A stretch of 64,000 nucleotides of DNA from Epiperipatus broadwayi (lineage: Eukaryota > Animalia > Onychophora). Shown piece by piece: positions 13,175 through 26,570 of the stretch. A program made the position numbers and the translations under genes. Positions within the stretch are counted from its first letter, which is position 1. Each line of letters starts with the position of its first letter. The DNA lies in contig JAQFVV010000005.1 in assembly GCA_028023455.1 (NCBI GenBank), forward strand, positions 11,656,001 through 11,720,000, in the 5' to 3' direction. Under the pieces are notes generated by a model that worked only from the letters and a program-made list of their open reading frames with translations, did no database searches and was not told where the DNA came from.

Positions 13175-13300
13175 GGATGATCTACCTAGAGTCCTCACAA
13201 CTTACAGGTCCTATTACATATTGAAGTTCAAACTCGGTGAAGATATTTGCCTTCAACTCTATTCAAGGATGGATTTAAATAGGATGGCAGTAATGTGACC
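13175..13300 (+). repeat. Diverged dispersed repeat (second copy at ~4200-4300)
   Basis: Local similarity by eye. Confidence 0.4.
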
Positions 13301-15291
13301 TCTATATAAGTCCCTAATGGCTTTTTATTAATAAATATTAAAAAAAATGTGTACACATGTATAATAGATATTCTGGTGAGTGAAGTATGAATGATGCTTG
13401 ATAATCTAGAGACCAGAAAAACAAAGATTTTAACTTCAACAACAAATATTTATTAACAAAATCTGGATTAAATTTATAACATTAATAAATTAATAAAAAT
13501 ATATACATAAATATATTAAACAATGGATCTATCTTTATATAATATGACTAGTTATAAGTTAAATCTTAAAATATCAATCAAAATAAAAAAATTATGAAAT
13601 TACAAGGCACAATGTAGAATAAAGTAACTATTATTCTGAGGATCAAACTATATTATTAGATGCTCAATGTTTACTGTGATTGTATCATCTGAATATATTA
13701 AACTTATGTCTATGGATTGTCAATTTGTGTTTTATAGATAATAGTTCATCCATAAGACTATTAATCATACAAACAGGAAAATGTACTCATATATAATTAC
13801 TTATTAGTAAGTCTAATTAATATTTAATTTTATATATTAAATGTCTAATTAAGTGTAGATGTTTAAAATCTTAGCTTTTGTCTTTTAAGTCAATGTCCAA
13901 TCTAATGCATCCAATTATGCTAATATTTTATTTACAAACAATAAAATTTGTATATGTATACCCTTGAATTGTATATTTGTATCTTTCTTCCCCTTTAAAA
14001 ATTTAAACAAAATGGATTCTTTTTCAAAAAAAATGTTTTCTACAAATGAGTAAAAAGGTGAGAAAAATTCCAACTCAACTTTCAGTATATACTAAAAAAA
14101 AAAAAAATACAAAATATTGAAGAGCATCAAAATTAAATAAAGTCTTGGACTTCTTTAAAATATAACAGGTTAAAATTTGTAAGAGTAGCTTCTGTGTTTT
14201 TTTTAGCAGACAGTGTCTTTCTTTTTTTATTGACACATGTTGAATGATTTTAAAACTCCAACCACTTAAGGCAATTCCCATGGTGAAAACGAACACACAA
14301 AGCTCCTGATTTTGTAGCCATTGCCTTTCCAATTCCATCTCTAAATCATTCAACACTGATTTAGACACTAGGCACACCAATGGTTAGACATTATCACCAT
14401 CTGATGACACAAAGAAAGCACGAAGATCCTGTGACAATTAAATTAGCAAGATTGCATCATTAGATTATATATACATGCAAATAAGTAGTTAAATGTAGGT
14501 TTTTTTCCAAAGCTTGCATTATAATATAAATAGAAATGCTGTTTACATGCAGTTTATATACACATAAGATGTGTGATACTATATTTTGCTTTAAAAGAAA
14601 TACAATTTAGTATTTTAAAATTCTATTTCATTATTAGTTTGCTTTTTTTTTTTTTTAAAAAAAAAAAGCATTTTATAATAATTATACTTTTGTAGTTGAT
14701 AAGCAAATATAAATCTCTCAGAATTTATTCGAACAAACAAAAGTTCATCACTTCAATAATGTCTCTTTTTAAAATATTTTGCACTAATAGATAATGCAAT
14801 TCAAAATATTAAACAGTTTTTTTTAAAAATGAAATAGAATTATAAAAAAATATTCTTATTCTAAAGTTTTACTTTCTGTATTCCATTTTTAACAAAAACC
14901 AACAAAATAAACTACTGTTGCTTAGTTTTTTTAATCAACAAATGTTTACTTTTTTTTTACTCTTTTAAACAAAAGAAACTTGGTTGCTAGCTTCTCTTAA
15001 TATTAGATTACTATTATGTCTGTCACGTCATGATTAAAACTATTAAATATACCATGTATAAATGTGTATGTATAGATGTTCTATTTCACATTTATTTTAA
15101 CAAAACAACATATAAATACATTTCTTTATGAATGTATAATTATGTATGTATATATATATGCCTCAAGTTATCCTAAAATTATGTTTTAAATGTTGGCTGC
15201 CTATCTAATCTTCATACTTGTCATTCTAAAACATCAGTTACTTATTATTTTTTTATAAGGATTGGGCATCACCTTACAATATATATATATT

Positions 15292-15792
15292 CAGTCTTGA
15301 CTAATTAACTAAACACTATTAATAAACTTTTCAGTACTACTTTACTTACTAGATTGCTATGCCAATGCAAAACGATCATTTCCATCATCTATACCAGATC
15401 TTTGTAAGGATTAACCAGTCTCATAAGTTTTTAAACAAGGGTGAAATTCATTACAACTCAAATGAGTGGCAGTTTTAGTTGTCATGGGAGAGTTCATTTC
15501 TTCACACATTTCATGCCACTGAAAGTGAAAAAATATTCTTCATTTGTATGGGTATTAAAATGAGTTAAGAAATGAACTCTCCCATGAAAATTAGATTTAA
15601 ATCATATATAACTAAGACTGTTTACATCTGGATTGTAATGAATTTCACCCTTAGAAACTTTCTAGATTTGCTAATCCTTATATAGATCTGGGCCAGCTGG
15701 TGCAAATGATTTTCCATTGCCATAATAATCTAGTAAGTAAAAGAGTACTGAAAAATTTATTAATTGTGGTTAGTTAATTATTAAGACTAGAA
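15292..15792. repeat. About 500-bp diverged inverted repeat (foldback, MITE or inverted PLE pLTR)
   Basis: Arms ~15292-15510 / 15568-15792, e.g. cagtactactttacttactagatt vs aatctagtaagtaaaagagtactg; catgggagagttcatttctt vs aagaaatgaactctcccatg. Confidence 0.8.
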
Positions 15793-16329
15793 ATTACATA
15801 TAATGTTGGGAAATTATTATATTATGTATATAGATATAAAAGCCTTTAAATATTCAATAACAGGATAATGACTTTTCCAATAACTTTTCAGAGAGGAAAA
15901 ATGAAGGTGAAGGCAATAGTCACCAAGCTTGCCAATTTCTGGATGATGAGAATTTGAGTAGGTTTTTATTCTTGTTTTACCCTCTACTAAAACAGTAACA
16001 TATATTTATAAATGAAAATTAGATGATTAATGAAATTATGAACCAACTATCTGAAAGAAAAATGCAAAGCAGCTTGAAAAATAAGTTGAAAGCTTACTTG
16101 GCTTAAATTATAAGCATAATAGGAGATATGTTATCTTTCTTATATGAGTACTTTATATCATAAATATATATCCAAATGATTACAAAAAAAAGTTTGCTGT
16201 TAACTGAAAGGATGCCTTTCAATCCTTCTTTAAAGCCTTAAAGGAACTGAGAAGAATAAAAATCACATTTTCATTGCTAACCTTCTTATCACTAATGGCT
16301 ATTATTATGTGATTATTTATATTTTACCT

Positions 16330-16700
16330 CTGAATTTAAGACTAAAACCATTATAGGTTTTCTTTGCAGTTCGTAACTGAAATATCAATGGAGTTTTTAA
16401 AGGCAGAATGAATGTATGACTGTATTCAATTGTTTTTAGATACATACAATTTTGGCAGGCAAAATTAAGTGATGTCTTTTATTCCCAGAAGACCTTCAAA
16501 TTGTTTGCTAAGGCAGCAGTTGGTAGCTGAAGGTGAATATCTAATTGCTGACTCAGGTTACCATTCAATCATGATTAACTATTTATAGCTGCAAATCATT
16601 TTTGAATGAGAGACAATTACATGAGTTCAAAGAACTATCTAATATTAAATGAAACATTGTTTATTGTAGAACTTTATGAAGTTAGAAAAAAGGTGAAGTC
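16330..16700 (+). mobile_element. Possible PIF/Harbinger transposase remnant
   Basis: EYLIADSGYHS at ~16535 resembles the YLLGDSGY catalytic motif; otherwise decayed. Confidence 0.3.
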
Positions 16701-17158
16701 ATTTGAAAAAAAAAATATATTATTGGAAAAAGAAATGAAATGGTATTCATTATAAATAAATAATGGAAGAATGACATAGGAAAGATTGATGGTATATCAG
16801 ACAGAATGACAAGATTAGTTGTTCAACTTGATGGAAGATGTTAAATGCAAATAAGTCAGATTTATGCCATAATAAATTCACTTTGTGATGAAGAGATAAA
16901 GGATGAGGACTTTGAAAAAAAAATGTATTTTATAAATTCTTTCTCACACAGACTTTGCAAAAAAAGAAATAATATATCTTATAAAAATGTTAAAAGAAAA
17001 TGGATATGAAAGCATCCAAATGAAAGTACTGTAAGATTGGAATAAATTTTATTAAAAAATGTATGTTTCATGATAGTAATGTTTTTAAGAAATATAAAAA
17101 TATTTAAAAACAATTAAATCAAAAATTGAATATTTTGGAATATTGTAAGATATAATGT

Positions 17159-17332
17159 ACTTTTCATTGAATCTAATCACCTTATATACTCTTCTTTTTC
17201 TTTTTAAAAACTTTATTTCTTCTTATGAAACCATATATGTACGGTTTGATAAGATAAAAATAGAGTTTTTAAAAAGGAGAGTATATAAAGTGATTAGATT
17301 CAATGAAAAGTTTGTTAACAGCAGTGATAATA
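17159..17332. repeat. About 175-bp hairpin
   Basis: acttttcattgaatctaatcaccttatatactc ... gagtatataaagtgattagattcaatgaaaagt. Confidence 0.85.
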
Positions 17333-17779
17333 AGTTTAATATATATATATTTATACTGTAAAACAATACGAAAAAGTTAATAATGATATAAAAAATATAA
17401 CTGAATAGGTAAGAAAAATTATAAAAGAATGAATTTTTCAAAAGTGTAAAATAATATTTTGATATAAGAAGAAAAGTTTTTTTCAGCAATAAGAAAATGA
17501 AATTACTGTACTGTTAAAAAAAGATTTCATGAAATGTGTAGATTTTATAATAAAAAAAAATTATATAGAAATAAAGAACAAGAAAACAAAGTAATTATTG
17601 CATCTTCTGAATTGCAAAGCACTTTAAATGAAATGGGGGGGGGGGACATGCAGGAAAATCTGAAAATGACAATATTATTATTATTAGTTTAAGACAAGTA
17701 GGTGAAAAGATAAAAAATTTATTGAAAAAATTATATACCAAATGTTTAAATAATAAAGAGTGTACCACATGATTAGAAG

Positions 17780-18700
17780 CGTGTAAGAACAATATTGATA
17801 TTTAAGAAAGGTGATGAAGATATTAGAAATTGTAGACCTATCGATCTTTTATTATTTCAATACAAAATCTTTACCAAGATAAATACAACTCATCAGAGTG
17901 AACATTGGACTTAAATCAATCAAAAGAACAAACTGGATTTAGATATAGCACATCCATATATTGAGAGAAATTCTAGAGATTCTTTAGATTTGTAGCTTAA
18001 GAAGACATTTGATTCTATAAGCATTTCTGCAGTGATGATAAAATTGGATCATCAAGATATATACCAAAGATAATGTAATATTCTGAAAAATAGTTATGAA
18101 AATGGAACAATAATGATTAGATTATATGGTGATACAAAGCAGATTAATGTTGAGGAGTGATTCCACATGTCCAAAACTTTTATAGCAAATTTTACAAGAA
18201 ATATTTTGAGTTTAAAGTTGAAAGCTAAGGGGAAGAGAAATATATGGTTATTATTTAAGTTATATTTGCAAATAATGCTTCAGGAAATGAAAAAAATATT
18301 AGATGAAAGTAAGAAAATAGGAACCAATGAAAAATACTAAAAATATTAATTTTCAAGAAATGTTCTCAGAAGAAAATAAAGATCGATAATCATTAATTAG
18401 AATATGATAACAGCTAAAGGTATTATGGCCAGATTATTAATATAGATGGAAACTACGGATGAAATTAATTATAGAATTCATCTTTGAGGGCTTTTGATAG
18501 AAATCATTTAATATAATAATATATGCTTATATTTGCAAAGGAAGGTTTTTATTAGATTTGTTCTATCAGTTCTTACTTATGGATCTGAGACTTTTACAAT
18601 TAAAAAAACAACAACATAGAGACTTCAGATTATTCACCATGGTATGAAAAATTTATATTGGATTACAAGAAAGAATTAAAAGCAAAATATTTAGGATGAC
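17780..18700 (+). mobile_element. Decayed RTE-clade LINE reverse transcriptase
   Basis: TILIFKKGDEDIRNCRPIDLLLFQYKIFTKI, LDLNQSKEQTGFRYST, later VLSVLTYGSETFT-like segment; many stops and frameshifts. Confidence 0.8.
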
Positions 18701-19099
18701 TGATTGAAAGCTCAGGCAACAGTTGTTGATTGAATCTAAATTGATTCCAAAATACATAGAATAAGAAAATGCTGTTGAACAAGTACATGAGTTTCAATGA
18801 GTTTGTGAATCTTCAAACAATTGTTATTAGCAGATTTGTTTAAAAAAAAAGAATCATGATAACATTATGGACACTAAAACATGTTATTATAAAAAATCAG
18901 TACATATAAAACAATTATAAATACAATAATGATCACTATTATACATGTGGAAATATGCATCATTTGTATTGTGTTTGTCATAAAAGTCAAAGAAAAAATT
19001 TCAATCCACTTCTCACCTGTAAATCTAGTGGAAGTGACTAAACAAAAAAAACTAATATCAAAAAGACAAACAACAATGGCAATGATCAAATCTCACATG

Positions 19100-21070
19100 A
19101 TGTTTTTTTTGTTTATAAACAGAAAGTTAAAATGAAGATTGACAAAGAAACTGGTGTTAATTTAATGCCAGAAATGGATTGGTTAGACGTAAGAAAGTAC
19201 TCCCTGTTGCTAAAACATGATTTATTATCAAATGATGTGGAAATTTTGTAGTGTAGGGGATAACAAATATATAAATGGGCGAGTAAGAAATCTATCTCTA
19301 CATTATTACAAAAAATATAAGAACTCTTACAAGGCAGAGACTGTGTTAGACAATTGGGTATAAAAATAAAATTATTACATAACTAAAATTGGAATCTGTG
19401 ATTCAGGAGATGTGTTCAGGATTATTTAAGTCTGGTTTCTTCTGAGTTAAATACACAGGCTATAGATATTGAATTGCCCAGTCATTTGTAAACCTATAAA
19501 GCTCCCTACCCCCTATTTAAGTCAAAGATAGAAGATGTTCTCATAGAATTATTAGAGAAAGGTACTATTCTACCTGTTGGGGTTGTCAAGTTGGGTAATG
19601 CCAGTAGTTGCAATATTGCAATCAGATGTGACTATTTGTTAGGGTAGTGATTATTGTGTAACTAAATATATCAGTAAGAATGGTGTAACCTGCCTTTTAT
19701 CAGATCCCAGTTATATTAATGATGCAGAATTTTTGTTAATAAATTTGATTTAGGATTGTTTAATTATAGTAAACTTCCATATAGAACTTGCTATAAAAGT
19801 ATATCAAGTGAAGTTGCATGAGACATCTCTTATCTGGATGATATATTAATAACAACTAAAACAGTCTGAATTAGAAATATATGTAAATAAAATCTATGAG
19901 AATGAATAGATAGAATATGTCTAAATGCACCAAAATGTATTTGGTTCTCATCCAAGATTAAATTTTTAGGTCATATGATCAACAATAATGGAAAATATTT
20001 GAATCCAGAAAAGGTTAGTATTATTAAAAATGTGAAGGAATTGCAAGTATTTTAATGATTATTATATGTTTTCAAAAAAATTTTAAAAGCAAAAAGCATA
20101 TGTAGAAACTCCATTGTATGATTTACTGAAGAAAAAACAGTGATAAAATGGAGGGTTGCACAAGAGGAAGCTTGATTAAAGGTTTGATAATGTCAAACCA
20201 ACTTTTCATACTTTATTGACATGATCAAAAAGCTGTAATAAACACTGATGTTTCTGAATATACTATTGGTTTTGTGATTTCACATCAGGTCTATAGAAGT
20301 GAATGCCTGATTGCTAATGTACCCAGAATATTATTTGCAAAGGCAAAACTCCCCATACAGTAGTGCCACCCTGTGCCAAACAGAGTAATCAATGGATGCC
20401 AGAAGGCTTGTGGCACTACTGTATGGGAAGTTTTGCCTTTGTTTACAACAAATTATGTGCTAGTATAGAGATGGTGATCATGTGATGTTTTAATATTATT
20501 TACAGTTGAAAAGAATTATAGTCAGTCATATAAGGAAGCCTGACTAGCTTATAGCATAGGAAAATTTTAAATATTGATATGGGTGTGCTTTTAAAATATA
20601 TACTGATTATAGTTACCTGTTAAGTATTATATGCAAATTTAAAGTAAGGCCATAAATGCTTGATGAATAAGTATATTTGCTTCATAGGCCTTTGAGCTCA
20701 TTTACAAAGCAGGAAAAAATATTAGCCACATTGATGTGCTGTACAGCATGCCAGACAGACACAAATACACATAAGTTAGTGTAGAAATAAATTATATAAA
20801 TAAAATGGAATTTTCTATATTAAATATTACAGTTATGGCTAAATAAATGAAAGAGGATGCTAGTTACGTGGCCACATGTGAATAATGAATGACATTAAAA
20901 AAGAAGTCAAGCACTCCGCAGCTTATCAATCAACTGCTAGATTTACTTTCAAGAGAATTTTAGTCATAGCTTCAGGATAGAAAAGTATGGGCACATACAC
21001 ACATTATGCTGATTCCTTTAGAGGTCATTAGTAGATACTGTAATGGAATAAGTATATGCTGTTACATCTC
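19100..21070 (+). mobile_element. Decayed Gypsy pol (RT/RNase H), interrupted by a family C insertion
   Basis: YLDDILIT (19831), KFLGHMI, PLYDLLKK, DVSEYTIGFVISH, YKAGKNISHIDVL. Confidence 0.8.
20339..20492 (+). mobile_element. Family C PLE-like insertion: inverted 5' arm plus tail
   Basis: 30-bp inverted repeat aaggcaaaactccccatacagtagtgccac / gtggcactactgtatgggaagttttgcctt; ends ggtgatcatgtgatg; TSD-like aatattattt. Confidence 0.8.
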
Positions 21071-21107
21071 TTTCAAATAAAAGTGCAAAAAATATAAAAT
21101 CACCCTC

Positions 21108-21215
21108 AAGTTGGTGGCCGAGAGGTCAGCACAGCTGCTTTACATGCAGTTGTCCTGGATTAGTGGGTTCACTTCCCGGCTGATGCTATGACACATGAAG
21201 TAAAAAAAAAAAAAA
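21108..21215 (+). mobile_element. tRNA-derived SINE (~105 bp)
   Basis: A-box-like TGGCCGAGAGG, B-box-like GGTTCACTTCC, body cccggctgatgctatgacaca, A-tail; second copy at 60139-60233. Confidence 0.7.
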
Positions 21216-23559
21216 GAAATATATATATATAAAAAGGAGATTTTAATAATTTTATTTAAATCAATATAAATAATGCATAGATGGCAAACTAATTATATAA
21301 TTATTTAAAGTTTAAAATCTAAAAACAAGATTGTTTTAATATAAAAGAATAAAAAAAGCTGTTAATTAGTTATTTTTGATCTTAGAATGGAAGTGATTTT
21401 CTATATTGCAAACAGGCCCTTGGGCATAAAATCAGATAAGAAATAAACTAAAAAAAATACTAGTGATAATTTTGAGTTCCCGCTCTAAAGAAAACTGGCC
21501 AATAACATTGGAAACAAACACATGGTCCACAGAGAAAAGTCACCATCGCCAATAAAAACAGTGCCAAGCCAAGCAAGATCAATCCTAGAATTTGATAAGA
21601 ATTCAAAAAAATATAAAAAGAAAACTTTGAAGATGAGATTTGGATTGCTCTTGCTGATTGCATGTTATTTTTAAATATATTTATAAGTGTATTGTGTATC
21701 ACTAAAATGTAGGGATCAGCAATATTTTACATTTTCCATGTTTGCACCAGCTGAGATGGTCTCTAGAGTATATGAAATGGAAAGAACTTTGAATTGTGTC
21801 AAGGACTGCAAAGACGGACTCTATCTACAGCATTAGAAAGTACAAACTTTTGTTTTAACTCTTACAGTGGTGATTAATTTTATTGTCCGAGTGAGATAAA
21901 ACTCTAAACTTTTAATTGGTCAATTCACAAACTCAGCTGTAAAAACATATTCATCTTTTAATATTATATTCACTTTAGTTTCATTTGAAAAAAGTATATT
22001 AATAATTTGTCAGATTATGAAAGTGAACAAAAGTTTTTTCAAAAATAAATTTTTATTTATAATTATAAAAATATTCGGTAGCGGAAAATCTAAAACGAAC
22101 GTTACTCACCAACTAAAAAGTGTTGCTGATGTCAATGAATTCTTTGCCAATTTTATGTTGCAGAAAAGTAAATAATTTTATTTTTAGCATATTTTATCAA
22201 AATAATTTATAATATGTCAAAAAATACTTTTAAAATGGTCTAAAACATTCATTTATCACTTTCGAAATGAAACAAAAGAAATTGTAGCAGTAAAATTTAT
22301 TGACAAATGGTTTTCTTTATCCTTTACTGTTAACAACCAATCAGTGGCAAAAACAGACTGCCCCCTTCTTTTGTTAGACTTACAACATCACATTTATTGA
22401 TTTTTTTACTTGTAAAATAATTCGAGAGAGGTCAGCATCTTACAGAACTTTTTCTAAGCTTTCAAACAAGCGTATAAACAGTACCATAGTTCAAAAAGTG
22501 GCCAATTTCAAATGACCTAAAGCCATTGGTGTGGGTTAGCATATAGAGCTGGGAAATATGAACATTAATTATATAATACAAACTCTTTCAAGTAATAATT
22601 TTAAAACATTTAATTTTTAAAGAAGCATTTTACCTGACTAAAATTGTAAATTATTATATTTTTATATATGTGTTCAATAACATTTCCATCCTCGTAAATT
22701 TCTTTTAAATTAATCATTTAAAATAAGCATAAATGACTGCTTAAATTCATAAGATTATGGTAGTTTAAGGTGTGTTAATTTTGGGCTAATTGTTTTAGTT
22801 AAATTGGTGCTGGTGGATAGATGTACGGATGTTTTATGTCAAAGCAATCTGGCTACTCGTTCCCTTGTACCGTGTTAGCATACAGGGCATAATACCCACC
22901 TGAACATATGATCCAAAAGTGTAGTCATCGTGTTGTCAATGGTCATAGATTTATTTTCTATGCCATTGATTTTCTTACTCTCTGGTTGGGACAATAAGCC
23001 AGCAAAGACCGCTATCCCCTTTTCAGAGCATCGCTTATATATTTTTCAGTAATTTCATTTTGTATCACCAATTGGGCAGTGGATCATTCTTGTCTGTTAG
23101 TGAAATTTATTAATGATCATGAGAAAGATGCTCATTCCTTCCCACAATGATTCTTTATTTCTCAAATGATATCATGCTACAGATGTAAATTCCTGTTAGC
23201 ATGATTGTGTTATGCTAATAATCTCATTTTGCATTGGTCATATCGGTATATCAGTAAGCTAGAATTGGTTTAAACACAAGATTTTGGCCTAAGGTTAAAA
23301 GGGATTGGGTTGGTTATATGCATAATCTATGTAGCATATTCATGCTTAGTAAAGTATTAAAATTATATTAAATCTATTAAATGCTTCCATCTGTGCATAT
23401 AATTTAAATCAAATATATTTAGTTAATTTAATTTTCCTTTTAATGTGTGTGCGCATTATAATAAAATATTTTGTTGAATTAATTTTGGCAATAATTTATT
23501 TATATATTTTTATTAATATTTAAAATTAAGAATTAGAAATTTAGCATTCAGAATATTTT

Positions 23560-24450
23560 AAGCTCATCTTCTCCCTGAGCTAATAACCTCTCTTGTGCGT
23601 ATCTGCCTACTATATAAATTTTTTAGGTTCCATTAGCCTAATGGCACTTTGGTATGGCAGATTAGGTTAGGGAGGTTCGTCGACTGTTATAATACTTATT
23701 CTAAATTGGCAGAATATCAAGTAGTCACAGTTACTTAGAAATGTTGTTTTCAATAATGGAATTGGTTTTACATCACAACATCTAGAAACTTTTTAGTTAG
23801 CAAGAGAAATGTCCCGTTTGACACCCCCATATCATCCAGAATCAAATGGACTAACTAAAAAGGCAGTTTAACAACTTAAATAAATAATAAGTAAGGACAT
23901 AAAAGCATTATGAAGAAGTAACAACTGCAATGTTCTATCAATATTTTATTTCATGCAGCATTATGAAAAAATAATGCTTATGACATAAAACTACAAACTC
24001 ATATTATGGTTGGTTCTCAAGAATAATGAGCCTTAGATCAGTAAAATAGAAATAAAATTTAAAATAGAACAAATATGATTCCTTAACTTAATTAAAAAAC
24101 AAAGGAAGCTAGAATGATTTTATCAAAACAAAAGTAATAAAGCTATCTTACGATGCTGAAGCCCAAATACAGATAAATCATGACAAATGAAATTGATAGA
24201 GGCAGAAATAGAAATCAGACAAATCCAGTAATCAATCAATCGTGTGAAGTATTACATGAAAAATCCAAAGTAGAGCAGAGTCCCAACTCAATGCCTCTTT
24301 GAGAAAGTCACAAGAAATCAAAGAATGCCAAAGAGTCTGAAAGACTTGTGTGATTCCTTAGAGTGAGGGAGGATTGTAATGTTTTGTAATTGAATAAAAG
24401 GCATAGTTTATTAAATATTGAATATAGTTACTTGTGCATAATACACAATG
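23560..24450 (+). mobile_element. Gypsy integrase remnant with polypurine tract and probable start of 3' LTR
   Basis: VVFNNGIGFTSQHLETF, TPPYHPESNGLTKKAV (~23820); gagtgagggagga followed by tgtaatg at ~24361-24381. Confidence 0.75.
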
Positions 24451-25414
24451 GAAATTATATCTATTTTTTAGTATCTTTAGAAAACAGTGGAAATCTAAAA
24501 AGTCTAATTATAAATTTAAAGCAGTAATTAGAAAATGACTCATTAATAAATTAAAGTTGTTTTAAAACTGTAATGGTAAACAAATGCTCACTTAAAATTC
24601 CTATGCCAGATAACAAATTAACTCTCCAATGATATTTACATCCTATAGAATTTTGACACAAAAGTTTGCCTTGCAGAATAGACTAATAAAGGAATTCCTA
24701 GTTTCTTTCCAGAGAGATTTACACTGTAGGTAAATAATTAGATCTAGAGTTCTTATACAGATCATGCACGTTTGATGATTTTTGTAGACCCTTGGATAAC
24801 TGGAAATGTTTGTGCATAATTTACTAATAAGTATTTATGAAATATTATTTATTATAATTTGTCCAAACTCTTGAAATTGTTTTATGTTTGATGTCTGTTC
24901 TCTTAGCAATTGTATAATAAATCATATTGTTAATTGTTGGTAGTTGTTGAATGACATTTACTGTATTATGATTTTTTAAATGCATATTTAGCTGATAGCC
25001 AAGTCATCTGAAACAAAACGATCCAGGGAAGTCCAAACAATAAAGAGCAGCTATCCCTGAATAAGGCATATTTGGTATAAGAATTTGATGCAGTTATGGA
25101 AAGTGAATCTTGTATAAATTAATATTTTTTTTGTAATAGGACATTTGTATTTATCAAACGTAAAAGTTATCAATCTAAAATTAATAATTATGCTTGTAAA
25201 AGTTGACATAATTATAGGATTTTGTCCAGTATTGATTATAGAGTTTTTATATTTTGACTGAAATAATTAAAAAAAAAAACAATGAAATTTTTAATTAAAA
25301 TATCATTTGATAAAAATCTTGCTATTCTTGAAGAAAAAAAGCGAAATGAAAAGATTAATTTAAATTCATTTTGAAAAATAGCTGTCAGTCAGCTTTAATT
25401 AAAAATTAAATAAA

Positions 25415-25526
25415 TTAGTAATTAATATTTACTAAGGCTGTAACCTCAAGAATGTGCGCGTAAAAATGCGATAGTAGGGATGTGCATTTAAATAAATTTA
25501 TAATTATAAATTAGTAATAGAAATTG
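25415..25526. repeat. Dispersed repeat with its first ~63 bp inverted relative to the copy at 39446-39567
   Basis: 25417-25479 matches 39446-39507 as reverse complement; 25480-25526 matches 39515-39567 directly. Confidence 0.7.
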
Positions 25527-25790
25527 AATAAAGATTGTAACTAGCAGATTAATTAATGAAGAAGATAATCCCCTCTCTACAGAGACCATTTAATTATAAG
25601 TGATAATTAATCTAAAAATACAATGCTTACTTCAGAATTTTTAAAAAAAAAACCCACTAATTAAGTAGGCTAATATAAAATGAGAATGAATTCTTTCAGA
25701 GAACTTCGATTCTAAAGGCTGGTTGCTATAGAATAGGAGGAAACTTCAACCTGAGTATTGTCTAGTCTGAAGAATAAATCAATTGGACTA

Positions 25791-26555
25791 AAAACTTTCT
25801 GCTGGTTATATTTGATGTTCTTTATAAATTTATGTGCTAAAATTTTTATATCCTATGTATATTATTGTATTATAAAAAAATGTATTTTATATAAGTATTT
25901 GCGAATGTTTTATAATAATGATGTTTAAGATTCATGCTTTCAGATCTAAGTACTTTGGACTGGCTTGGATATATGGAAAGACAAGTAAAGAAGAGAGTGG
26001 AACCACTCTTTTCTTGTTAAATTCTCTGTCTCAGTATTTGCAATCTGATTGGCTAAGCGCTTGAGAGGTTTGCACTCACTCTCTCAGTTTAATTTCAATA
26101 CCGTCTGCACTTTATAAAATAAATATTATTTACATATATAGCTGCAAGTTATAACATCGAAAAACTACTGCGTAGTAAATCAAAAGATTTCATGCTGTAT
26201 GTTTGTAATTTGAACTCAGTGAGTTGAGTGTGAAGATGTTTAAGATTCACACTTTCAGATCTAAGTACTTTAGACTGGCTTGGATATATAGAAAGACAAA
26301 TAAAGAAAAGAGTGGAACCACTCTTTTCTTGTTAAATTCTCTGTCTCAGTATTTGCGATCTGATTGGCTAAGCGCTTGAGAGATTTGCACTCTCTCAGTT
26401 TAATTTCAATAATGAAGATAGTAAATTTTATTTTAATTTCAGTTATCTAAGAACTTTTTGCTGGTCATATTCGATCTTCATTATAATTTTACGTGATAAG
26501 TTTTTCTATTCTATGGGAATCATTGTATTGTATAAAAATGTATTTTATATGAATA
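25791..26555. repeat. Nested direct repeats X-Y-Z-Y'-X'
   Basis: Y 25919-26100 and Y' 26235-26412 (~180 bp, high identity); X 25791-25900 and X' 26451-26555 (older); 13-bp hairpin in Y/Y'. Confidence 0.85.
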
Positions 26556-26570
26556 AATCTTATTTTAATT

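Noticed and set aside
14220-14440. GC-richer exon-like block on the minus strand (GIGKAMA, SDR-like; or RING-like readings)
   Set aside because: Each frame has stops and no resemblance extends beyond a few residues.
21460-21702. 80-aa hydrophobic, Cys-rich ORF resembling a tetraspanin segment
   Set aside because: No family motif confirmed; an alternative frame looks equally plausible.
25760-25792. tagt CTGAAGA ataaatcaattgg acta
   Set aside because: No stem II, and not conserved at the equivalent position before X'.
26352-26410. Hammerhead-like CUGAGA-GAG...CUC-UCAA-GCGC-UU on the minus strand of repeat Y/Y'
   Set aside because: No GAAA in either copy and no stem I pairing.
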